Assembly: GCA_031285245.1 (NCBI GenBank)
Contig: JAITWN010000123.1
Span: forward strand, 1-35,216
Origin: Chromatiales bacterium
GTDB lineage: Bacteria > Pseudomonadota > Gammaproteobacteria > SZUA-140
Direction of reading: 5' to 3'
DNA: 35,216 nucleotides
A program made the translations under genes and the position numbers. Shown here piece by piece: positions 8,559 through 16,213 of this stretch; position 1 is the first letter of the stretch; every line of letters begins with the position of its first letter. The notes beneath the pieces were generated by a model, which searched no databases, was not told the origin of the DNA, and saw only the letters and a program-made list of their open reading frames with translations.

Positions 8559-10376
8559 ATGCTCGACCAGCTTCGTAATATCGCCATCATTGCCCACGTC
8601 GACCACGGCAAGACCACGCTCGTCGACAAGTTGTTGCAGCAATCGGGCACGCTCAAGACGCGCGGAGAACAGCAGGAACGCGTGATGGATTCCAACGTGC
8701 TCGAAAAAGAGCGTGGCATCACCATTCTCGCCAAGAATACCGCCATCGAGTGGCGCGGCTATCACATCAACATCGTCGATACGCCTGGCCACGCCGATTT
8801 TGGTGGTGAAGTCGAGCGCGTGCTGTCGATGGTGGATTCGGTGCTGCTGTTGGTCGATGCCGTTGATGGCCCGATGCCGCAGACCCGTTTCGTCACGCAG
8901 AAAGCGCTCGAGCGCGGTCTGCGCCCGATCGTAGTCATCAACAAGATCGATCGTCCTGGCGCGCGCCCTGATTGGGTGCTCGATCAGACTTTCGATCTCT
9001 TCGATCGTCTTGGCGCGACCGACGAACAGCTCGATTTCCCAGTGATTTATGCTTCGGGACTGAACGGCTATGCCGGCCTCAGTCTCGATGCCGTTGCGGA
9101 CAACATGGATCCGCTCTTTCAGTTGGTGATCGATCGCGTGCCGCCACCGGATGTCGACCCCAATGGCCCAGCGCAGCTGCAAGTGAGTGCGCTCGATTAC
9201 AACAGCTACGTTGGCGTCATCGGCATTGGCCGCATCGCGCGCGGTAAGGTGCGCAGCAACATGCCCGTCGTCGTGATCGATGTTGCGGGTCAGCGTCGCA
9301 ACGGGCGCATCCTGCAAGTGTTTGGTTTTCTCGGCCTCGAACGCCGCGAAGTTTCTGAGGCGCGTGCGGGAGACATCATCGCCTTCACCGGCATCGAAGA
9401 GCTGCGTATCTCCGATACGCTGTGCGATCCCGCGAAGGTCGAAGCGCTGACGCCGCTTGCGGTCGATGAACCGACCGTCAGCATGACGTTCCAAGTCAAT
9501 ACTTCTCCGCTCTCCGGCCAAGATGGCAAATACGTCACCTCGCGTCAGATTCGCGAGCGCCTCGAAAAAGAGCTGATTCATAACGTTGCGCTGCGCGTGG
9601 AAGACACCGGCGATGCCGACCGCTTCCGCGTTTCCGGTCGTGGCGAACTGCATCTTTCTGTGCTGATCGAAAACATGCGCCGTGAAGGCTATGAGCTTGG
9701 CGTGTCGCGTCCGGAAGTGATCGTGCGTGAGATCGATGGCGTGCGCCAAGAGCCTTACGAACAGCTCACTGTCGATGTCGAAGAGCAGCACCAGGGCACG
9801 GTGATGGAAAAGCTCGGCTCGCGCGGCGCGGAACTGCGCAACATGGTGCCGGACGGCAAGGGCAGAGTACGCCTTGATTACCGCATTCCTTCGCGCGGCC
9901 TGATTGGTTTCCGTAATGAATTTCTCACCGCGACCCAGGGTACCGGCCTGCTGTACAACGTGTTCGATAGTTACGGCCCCATCAAACCGGGTGACTTCGG
10001 CAATCGCAACAACGGCGTTTTGATCGCCAACGCACCGGGCAAGGCGCTTGCCTATGCGCTCTTCAATCTGCAAGAGCGCGGCCGCTTGTTTATCGGGCAC
10101 GGCGAACAGGTGTACGAAGGCATGATCGTTGGCATTCATTCACGTGACAACGACCTCGTGGTCAATCCGCTCAAGGCCAAGCAGCTCACCAACATTCGCG
10201 CCGCTGGCTCAGATGAAAACATCCTGCTGACCCCGCCGATTCGCATGACGCTCGAGCAGGCGCTGGAATTCATCGACGATGATGAGCTGGTGGAAGTCAC
10301 GCCCAACAACATCCGCCTGCGCAAAAAAGAGCTCAAAGAGCAGGACCGCAAACGGTCTTCGCGTCAGGCGAGTTGA
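8559..10376 (+). CDS. typA: Translational GTPase TypA/BipA
   Basis: '[22 protein letters not shown]', '[12 protein letters not shown]' and 'NKIDR'. Length of 605 aa and collinear architecture are typical of BipA. Confidence 0.97.
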   Translation: MLDQLRNIAIIAHVDHGKTTLVDKLLQQSGTLKTRGEQQERVMDSNVLEKERGITILAKNTAIEWRGYHINIVDTPGHADFGGEVERVLSMVDSVLLLVDAVDGPMPQTRFVTQKALERGLRPIVVINKIDRPGARPDWVLDQTFDLFDRLGATDEQLDFPVIYASGLNGYAGLSLDAVADNMDPLFQLVIDRVPPPDVDPNGPAQLQVSALDYNSYVGVIGIGRIARGKVRSNMPVVVIDVAGQRRNGRILQVFGFLGLERREVSEARAGDIIAFTGIEELRISDTLCDPAKVEALTPLAVDEPTVSMTFQVNTSPLSGQDGKYVTSRQIRERLEKELIHNVALRVEDTGDADRFRVSGRGELHLSVLIENMRREGYELGVSRPEVIVREIDGVRQEPYEQLTVDVEEQHQGTVMEKLGSRGAELRNMVPDGKGRVRLDYRIPSRGLIGFRNEFLTATQGTGLLYNVFDSYGPIKPGDFGNRNNGVLIANAPGKALAYALFNLQERGRLFIGHGEQVYEGMIVGIHSRDNDLVVNPLKAKQLTNIRAAGSDENILLTPPIRMTLEQALEFIDDDELVEVTPNNIRLRKKELKEQDRKRSSRQAS

Positions 10377-10387
10377 CGCCGCATTAC

Positions 10388-10516
10388 TGACCTGATCACT
10401 AAGCCTTAGCGCTTGGTGGTCAGGCAGAGTCGGGACGCTTTTTTGAAACGCGCAGCCGCTCCGTGTCCTGAAAAAGAGTAGCGAGCGTCGCTGATCACCA
10501 TCTTCAGCATTGCTGA
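10388..10516 (-). repeat. Palindromic intergenic repeat, copy A (short form)
   Basis: Core 10412-10500 (cttggtggtcaggcagagtcgggacgcttttttgaaacgcgcagccgctccgtgtcctgaaaaagagtagcgagcgtcgctgatcacca) aligns with copy C on the same strand. It fills the gap between the convergent typA and MFS stops. Confidence 0.8.
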
Positions 10517-11935
10517 TCACTGACCTTCAGGCGAACTCTTTCGCTCTATCTCATCCCTCACTGATTTCCCAGATTTCCTCGCCCCCACAATATCGAAGCT
10601 CATCCAGGATGGCGTCTGGAAGCGCACGGTGGGAAAGATCAGAGTGCTGACGTTAGGCTTGCGCACTGCACGCATTTCCCGCAGGCGCGGTAGAAATAGC
10701 GCGGCAACGGTAAAGCGAGCGAGCGTTGAGAGGAGAAAAGCGGCGTAGAGTGCGCTGAACCATTCATAGTGCTCGCCGAAGAGAAAGATTTCCTTCGGCG
10801 CGTGCGTCGCGATGTAGCCGCCGAGCAGCGCGCCGCAGAATACTCCGATGCTGGCGCCGACGTTATGCATTGCGAGCTGAGTCGCGCGGCGCTCGCTTGG
10901 AATCAGATCGTAGAGGTAATTGCTTGCACTCAAGCTGAATCCCGCCCAACACAGCCCGCCGACCGCTTGCAGAAGCAGCAGGTAAACGTAATTGGTTGAA
11001 AACATCCACAGCGCCGGCATGAAGGGGATGAGCAGCCCGGTCACTAGCAGAATGTAGCGATTACCGAACGCATCGCTAAGACGTCCCCAGCGGTTCAGGG
11101 TGAGGAACTGGAGCAGCACCGAGGTGCCCGTCATGATGGTGAATTCAAGATAACTGAAGCCGAGATCGCGCAGCATATACACTACGAAAAACGGCCCGGA
11201 AATATTCACCGCGAATTGCATCGCCGCGAAAAAAAGCGAGAAGCGAGCGAAGGACGAACCGCGTAGCCGGCGCAGCAAGCTGCCTTTGAACGGTGATTCC
11301 AGTGCCGCCGTGTGCCCAGGCGGATCGTACATACGCGCTAGATGGTAGACCGACACCGCGCGCGCAATGGCCGCAACCGCAAAGATGAGCAGAAAGCCGC
11401 CGACCGTAAATGCATTGCGATCGAATACTTCAAGCGCCATGCCGGCGAAGATCAGCGCAAGAAACGTCGTGATACTGCATAAGCGCGTACGTCGCCCGAA
11501 GTAACGTCCACGCCGACGTTCGGGCACGATGTCGCCCATCAGACTGCCCCATTGCGGCGCGGCGAGATTAGCGCCGGTGTGATAGAGCACAGCGCAGGCA
11601 ATCAGAATCGGCACTGCGTGCGCCGGAAAAAGCAGCGGCAGCAGCGCGAGTGGCAGCAAAGCCAGATTTTGCAGACCGGCGCCGAAAACGATGATCCCTT
11701 TGCGTCGCCCGGTGCGGCGTCCGAGCCATGATGACAAGAGCTGCGCGAAAGAAGCGAGCAGCGGTGGAAAAGTCGCGAGCAAGCCCACCTGCGCCGTGCT
11801 CGCCTTCAGCAGCACGGCGAAAGCGCTGAAATAGCTTTCGCCGCTACCCATCATCACGGAATAAGCGACACCATCCTTGATGGAGTGGCGTAGCGAGCGT
11901 TCGTTGCGAGGATCTTTGGAAAAGCGCGTGGACAT
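10517..11935 (-). CDS. MFS transporter, substrate unknown
   Basis: 472 aa with about 12 hydrophobic segments, basic inter-helix loops ('GRRTGRRKG', 'RRRGRYFGRR') and a hydrophilic C-terminal tail. Confidence 0.85.
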   Translation of the reverse strand: MSTRFSKDPRNERSLRHSIKDGVAYSVMMGSGESYFSAFAVLLKASTAQVGLLATFPPLLASFAQLLSSWLGRRTGRRKGIIVFGAGLQNLALLPLALLPLLFPAHAVPILIACAVLYHTGANLAAPQWGSLMGDIVPERRRGRYFGRRTRLCSITTFLALIFAGMALEVFDRNAFTVGGFLLIFAVAAIARAVSVYHLARMYDPPGHTAALESPFKGSLLRRLRGSSFARFSLFFAAMQFAVNISGPFFVVYMLRDLGFSYLEFTIMTGTSVLLQFLTLNRWGRLSDAFGNRYILLVTGLLIPFMPALWMFSTNYVYLLLLQAVGGLCWAGFSLSASNYLYDLIPSERRATQLAMHNVGASIGVFCGALLGGYIATHAPKEIFLFGEHYEWFSALYAAFLLSTLARFTVAALFLPRLREMRAVRKPNVSTLIFPTVRFQTPSWMSFDIVGARKSGKSVRDEIERKSSPEGQ

Positions 11936-12160
11936 CGCGCGCTATCTAGCGCCTGCGTGAGTAGGCTTGTCAAGGCGCTATGATCGCAGTTCCTCTCGCT
12001 CGCTGACTGCTCGCAAGCTGCATGATCGAACGAGCAACTATGCAGGCATTGACTAGGTATTGGCCCGTACTGTAAACCTATCACCACGCCGGAAATCACG
12101 GCGCGGGAGCGTGTCTCGAAGCGAGCGCGCGTAGAGTTTCAGCGGAGAATCAGTGCGTCA

Positions 12161-12538
12161 ATGATCATTGTCCCAACCTACCTAGAGAAGAGTCCGATCC
12201 ACGGCTTCGGCGTCTTTGCGAATGATTTCATTGCCAAGGGCACGAAGGTCTGGGAGTTCCATCCCATATTTGATCTGGTATTCAGCGAAGAAGAATTCGA
12301 ACGTCTGCCGCCATCGACCAAGGCAGAGATCGAGATTCATCTCTACCAGCCCGAGCCCCACGGCAATCTGTACTACGAATCGACTATGGGCAAATACATG
12401 AATCACTCGCGTGATCCCAATGTCGATTTCTCCGAAGTAGGATGCGGCTGGGCGACGCGCGATATCCGCAAAGGTGAAGAGCTCACCTGTGATTACCGCC
12501 ATTTCATGGCGGACGTATCGCACATCGAGTACCTCTGA
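12161..12538 (+). CDS. Minimal SET-domain protein (putative protein-lysine methyltransferase)
   Basis: 125 aa with 'GFGVFA', AdoMet-pocket motif 'NHSRDPN' and 'GEELTCDY' carrying the catalytic-Tyr motif. Confidence 0.85.
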   Translation: MIIVPTYLEKSPIHGFGVFANDFIAKGTKVWEFHPIFDLVFSEEEFERLPPSTKAEIEIHLYQPEPHGNLYYESTMGKYMNHSRDPNVDFSEVGCGWATRDIRKGEELTCDYRHFMADVSHIEYL

Positions 12539-12591
12539 GAGTGCCTGCCGACGTGAACGGAACTCGGCGCCGCCAGCCGGCGCGGGGCGAG

Positions 12592-13155
12592 ATGAAGCAG
12601 CGCAGTGGTGCGCGCAGTCAGGTAGATGTTGCCTACATCCTGCCCATCGACGCTGAGCAGCGCGCCCGCGTAGTCGCTGCAACGCAGGAGTGGATCGAAC
12701 GCGCCGGCAAGCTCTTTCAGCGCAAATTCCCTGAGCTGCCAGTGCTGTTCGATCTGCGCGGCCGCATGGCCGGCATGTACCGCGTCGCCGGCGAGCGTCG
12801 CGTCATCCGCTACAACCCCTGGCTGTTTGCCAAATATCTCGACGACGGCATGGGCGTCACCGTCCCGCACGAAGTCGCACACTACATCACCGACCTCGTC
12901 TACGGCTTTGCCCGCATCCGCCCACACGGCAGCGAGTGGCAAGCACTGATGCACAGCTTCGGCATCGACCCACGCGCCGCCGTGCGCCATCGCCTCGATC
13001 TCTCCGGCATCCCCATGCGTACCCAACGCCGCCACCTTTATCGTTGCGATTGCCGCGAACACCAACTGAGCGGTGTTCGCCACGCCAGAGTGCAGCGCGA
13101 AGCCGCGCGTTATGTTTGTCGCAAGTGTGGAGCGGAACTGGTGCAGATGGTTTAG
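12592..13155 (+). CDS. sprT: SprT-family zinc metalloprotease-like protein
   Basis: Collinear with E. coli SprT: 'PHEVAHY' (HExxH), 'RPHGSEWQALM', C-terminal zinc ribbon 'YRCDCREHQL...YVCRKCGAELV'. The start is uncertain: in-frame GTG at 12541 lies 3 nt after the SET stop, and ATG at 12592 fits the E. coli N-terminus better. Confidence 0.85.
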   Translation: MKQRSGARSQVDVAYILPIDAEQRARVVAATQEWIERAGKLFQRKFPELPVLFDLRGRMAGMYRVAGERRVIRYNPWLFAKYLDDGMGVTVPHEVAHYITDLVYGFARIRPHGSEWQALMHSFGIDPRAAVRHRLDLSGIPMRTQRRHLYRCDCREHQLSGVRHARVQREAARYVCRKCGAELVQMV

Positions 13156-13189
13156 CGGTTCGCTTTCCTGGTGCTCAGCGAACTTGCTG

Positions 13190-13335
13190 CTTGGTGGTGA
13201 GTCGCATGATCCATTGAGTTCTGAGCGTAGCGATCAGCGGCGCCCGTTACTATTTTTTAGGACCCAAATAGATTACGGGAGCCGCTGCGTGCCAACGGTT
13301 TCGAAAAAGTCTCCCGGCACTGCCTGAGCACTGGC
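13190..13335 (+). repeat. Palindromic intergenic repeat, copy B
   Basis: 13222-13334 (gagcgtagcgatcagcggcgcccgttac...gagccgctgcgtgccaacggtttcgaaaaagtctcccggcactgcctgagcactgg) aligns with the reverse complement of copy C. The upstream 'cttggtggtgag' resembles the flank of copy A and may be a partial second copy. Confidence 0.8.
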
Positions 13336-13442
13336 TTCGGTATGATGGTCAGCACAGGTTCTTTGCACTGCGTGTCTGCCTCCATGTGTGCTAGTCCCAC
13401 TGCGCAGTAGAAAATGCGCCTTGTGTGTAATTGAAAATAACA

Positions 13443-13471
13443 TTGCCATGGGATTGCCTGATTCCTAAATT
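13443..13471 (+). promoter_or_regulatory. Candidate sigma70 promoter/operator of vapBC
   Basis: TTGCCA (13443-13448), 17 nt, TAAATT (13466-13471). The direct repeat ATTGCC x2 (cATTGCCatgggATTGCCtg) overlaps the -35/spacer. SD GGAGG lies at 13481-13485. Confidence 0.35.
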
Positions 13472-13490
13472 ACGGAGGACGGAGGCAGTG

Positions 13491-13748
13491 ATGACATCGC
13501 TAGCGGTTACGGTGAAAGGGCAGGTCACGCTCAAGCGGGATTTGCTACAGCATCTTGGCGTTAAGCCGGGGGAGCGGATCGATTTCGAGAAGCTACCTGG
13601 TGGGGAGCTGCGGGTGCGGGCGGCTAGGCCGACAGGCAGCATTGAGGGCTTTTTGCAATTGCGGCAGCGGGTTGGGCTGGCGAATTGGTCGACGAATGAA
13701 AATCTCTGTCGATACCAATGTGCTGGCTCGAGCCATTCTGCAGGATGA
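13491..13748 (+). CDS. vapB: AbrB/MazE/SpoVT-fold antitoxin (VapB-like)
   Basis: 'MTSLAVTVKGQVTLKRDLLQHLGVKPGERIDF' is a swapped-hairpin AbrB-type motif, preceded by GGAGG. The reading frame runs 53 nt into vapC. Confidence 0.8.
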   Translation: MTSLAVTVKGQVTLKRDLLQHLGVKPGERIDFEKLPGGELRVRAARPTGSIEGFLQLRQRVGLANWSTNENLCRYQCAGSSHSAG

Positions 13749-14088
13749 TCCCGCGCAGTGCCGCAAAGCGAGAAAGCTGCTTCAGGAAGCAAGCCTGATT
13801 GCGGTCTCCTTGCCCTGCCTGTGTGAGTTGGTCTGGGTGCTGTGCCGAGGTGCCGGGCTGGCCCGAGAGGATGTGGCGGTGACGATCCGCGCTTTGCTCG
13901 ATGCCGCAAACGTGGTCGTGAACCGGCCCGCGGTAGAAGCCGGGCTTGAGATGTTGGAAGCCGGCGGGGATTTTGCTGACGGGGTCATTGCCTATGAAGG
14001 CGCTTGGCTAGGCGGCGAAACCTTTGTGTCATTCGATAAGAAAGCAGTTACCTTGTTGTCGGGACAGGGAGTGTCGCGCGATTGTTGA
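13696..14088 (+). CDS. vapC: PIN-domain toxin VapC
   Basis: 'MKISVDTNVL' (first acidic residue), 'CELVWVL', 'GGDFADGVI' and 'SFDKK'. About 130 aa, typical of VapC. Confidence 0.85.
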   Translation: MKISVDTNVLARAILQDDPAQCRKARKLLQEASLIAVSLPCLCELVWVLCRGAGLAREDVAVTIRALLDAANVVVNRPAVEAGLEMLEAGGDFADGVIAYEGAWLGGETFVSFDKKAVTLLSGQGVSRDC

Positions 14089-14200
14089 TCTGATAGCTGG
14101 TGGCCAAAGCGGTGGAGAGCGGTCATAAGCTGAAAATTTGTGTACTTCGTCTTTTCCGGATGCAAGACGTTTGCGGTACTGCACGATGAAGCTGAAAAGC

Positions 14201-16114
14201 CTATCCCTCTCGCGCGCTCAACGCTTCCCACCGCGCATAAGCCTGCTCTATCTCTTTTCTGAGTGCGTCCATGCGCGCCATTGTGGTGGCGATGGTGTCT
14301 TTGTCTTGTTGGTAGAACTCCGCGCGGCTGGTGTTTGCTTCTAGTTGTGCTAGTTCTTGTTCGAGTGTTTCGATGCGACTCGGTAGTTTTTCCAGTTCCT
14401 GGCGTTCTTTGAAGGCGAGTTTCTTTTTTTCCACTGATGCGGTGGTTGTGGGTGCTGGTGTTTTTGCGGGTGTGGGCGCGTTGATGGTTTTTGTTGATGC
14501 TGTGCGCGTGCTGCGTTGGCGTTGCCAGTCTTCGTAGCCTCCGATGTATTCGCCGACGCGTCCTTCACCTTCAAATACCAGGGTTGAGCTGACGACGTTG
14601 TCGAGGAAGGTGCGGTCGTGGCTGACGAGGAGCAGTGTGCCTTCGTAGTCGGCGAGCAGATCTTCGAGCAGCTCTAAGGTTTCGACGTCGAGGTCGTTGG
14701 TGGGTTCGTCGAGCACCATCATGTTGGCGGGACGGGTGAAGATGCGGGCGAGCATCAAGCGATTGCGTTCGCCGCCAGAGAGAATGCGCACCGGTGAGTC
14801 GAGGCGCGCAGGAGGAAAGAGGAAATCTTTCAAGTAACCGGCGACGTGGCGCGGCCGGCCGCGTACGTTGACGTAATCGCTGCCGTCGCTGATGTTTTCG
14901 CGCACGGTTTTTTCTGGGTCGAGTTGTTCGCGATGTTGATCGAAGTAGGCGAGTTGCAGTTTGCTGCCGCGGACGATTTCGCCGGTGTCGGGTTCGAGGT
15001 CGCCGAGGATGAGTCGCAGCAATGTGCTTTTGCCGCTGCCATTGGGGCCGATGATGCCGATGCGATCGCCGCGCATGATGGTGGTGGAAAGATCGCGTAC
15101 GATCCACCCATCACCGTCGCCGCGGTTGCTGTCGTAGTGAAAGCCGACGTGACGCAGATCGACGACGCGTTTTCCTGAGGCATCTCCGGTGTCTGCGCTT
15201 AAGGTGACAGTGCTGGTGCGTTCGATGCGCTGCGCGCGTTCGCGGCGCATGGCAAGCAAGCGGCGCACGCGGCCTTCGTTGCGTGTGCGGCGAGCTTTGA
15301 CGCCTTGACGGATCCAAGCTTCGTGTTCGGCGAGCTGTTTGTCGAAGTGTGCGGCGGCGCGTGCTTCGGCTTCGAGCATTTCATCTTTGCGGCGCAGATA
15401 GTTGTTGAAATCACCGGCAAACGAAGTCAGCTTGCCGCGATCGAGTTCGATAATGCGCGTGGCGAGGCGGCGCGCCAGCGTGCGGTCGTGCGTGATGAAC
15501 ATCAGCGCGCCGTGGAAGTTGAGCAGATAGTCTTCAAGCCAGGCGATGGCTTCGATGTCCATGTGATTGGTCGGCTCATCGAGCAGCAGCAGATCAGGTT
15601 CGCTGACCAGTGCGCGCGCGAGCATGGTCTGACGCCGCAATCCGCCTGAGCACTGCGCGATCGGGCGCTGCGCAGGCAAGCCCAGCCGACTTAGTACGGC
15701 AGAGATGCGGTTATCGACGCTCCAGCCACCGACGGTTTCGATGCGTTGCTGCAATTCAGCAAGTTCTCTTAAGTTCGCATCATCAAGGTCGCTGCGCTCG
15801 ACGAGATGGCGATAGGCGGTGAGCCACTCTCCAAGTTCGCCAAGTCCGCCAGCGACGGTGTCGTAAACGGTGCGCTGAGAATCCGCCGGTACTTCCTGTT
15901 CGAGATGCGAGATGCGCAGCGTATCGCGTTGCCACACCTCACCTTCATCAGGCGCGATTTCGCCGCTGATAACGCGAAACAGCGTTGATTTGCCGCTGCC
16001 ATTGCGTCCCACCAAGCAAACTCGTTCCCCTGGTTCGATTTGCAAATCCACCTTGTCGAGCAAGGGATGCAGGCCGTAGGCGAGGGATGCCTCAGTGAGA
16101 TTGATGATTGTCAT
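14201..16114 (-). CDS. uup: ABC-F family ATPase Uup
   Basis: Two ABC cassettes (Walker A 'GRNGSGKST' and 'GPNGSGKST'; signatures 'CSGGLRRQ' and 'LSGGERNR') plus a C-terminal coiled-coil tail. The N-terminus is collinear with E. coli Uup. Confidence 0.93.
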   Translation of the reverse strand: MTIINLTEASLAYGLHPLLDKVDLQIEPGERVCLVGRNGSGKSTLFRVISGEIAPDEGEVWQRDTLRISHLEQEVPADSQRTVYDTVAGGLGELGEWLTAYRHLVERSDLDDANLRELAELQQRIETVGGWSVDNRISAVLSRLGLPAQRPIAQCSGGLRRQTMLARALVSEPDLLLLDEPTNHMDIEAIAWLEDYLLNFHGALMFITHDRTLARRLATRIIELDRGKLTSFAGDFNNYLRRKDEMLEAEARAAAHFDKQLAEHEAWIRQGVKARRTRNEGRVRRLLAMRRERAQRIERTSTVTLSADTGDASGKRVVDLRHVGFHYDSNRGDGDGWIVRDLSTTIMRGDRIGIIGPNGSGKSTLLRLILGDLEPDTGEIVRGSKLQLAYFDQHREQLDPEKTVRENISDGSDYVNVRGRPRHVAGYLKDFLFPPARLDSPVRILSGGERNRLMLARIFTRPANMMVLDEPTNDLDVETLELLEDLLADYEGTLLLVSHDRTFLDNVVSSTLVFEGEGRVGEYIGGYEDWQRQRSTRTASTKTINAPTPAKTPAPTTTASVEKKKLAFKERQELEKLPSRIETLEQELAQLEANTSRAEFYQQDKDTIATTMARMDALRKEIEQAYARWEALSAREG

Positions 16115-16213
16115 GGCGAGGAGTTAGTTATGAGGCTGATCATTATCGGCGCTGCAAGCGGCTGTGTCAGCAGCGCGGGACGATGCACGGACTCATGAGG
16201 GGGGGGCTGGGCG

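Noticed and set aside
7796-8578. Alternative-frame ORFs (241 aa plus strand; 156 and 91 aa minus strand) across the end of rhlE
   Set aside because: They are artefacts of the short-repeat, stop-poor DNA encoding the RG-rich tail. The products are monotonous (V/A-rich or H/R-rich). The rhlE frame is continuous with the helicase core.
8367-10139. 590-aa ORF on the minus strand, one of the longest in the track
   Set aside because: It lies exactly antisense to typA, whose GTPase motifs are unmistakable. The antisense translation has no recognisable motif and has the Arg/Ala/His/Asp-rich composition expected from reading a GC-rich gene backwards.
10209-10520. ORFs running through the repeat copies (also 13073..13327, 21585..21854, 34279..34599) that share peptide fragments such as 'DQRRSL.FFRT', which could be mistaken for a small conserved protein family
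   Set aside because: The similarity is at DNA level and extends beyond the ORFs. The ORFs have different starts, ends and frames, there are no SD sequences, and one copy encodes the shared peptide on the opposite element strand. They are better explained as non-coding repeats.
12182-13083. Minus-strand ORFs of 166 aa (12182..12682) and 196 aa (12493..13083)
   Set aside because: They are antisense to the SET and sprT genes, both of which have intact catalytic motifs.
14089-14200. Short hairpin cgtctt-N10-aagacg followed by TTTG, and a 10-bp direct repeat aagctgaaaa (x2), between the convergent vapC and uup
   Set aside because: The stem is only 6 bp and the T-tract is weak. That is too marginal to call a terminator, and the direct repeat is short enough to be chance.
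14571-15183. Arg/His/Pro-rich 178-aa and 117-aa minus-strand ORFs inside uup
   Set aside because: These are alternative frames of the uup coding strand with an implausible composition. The uup frame carries both ABC cassettes.
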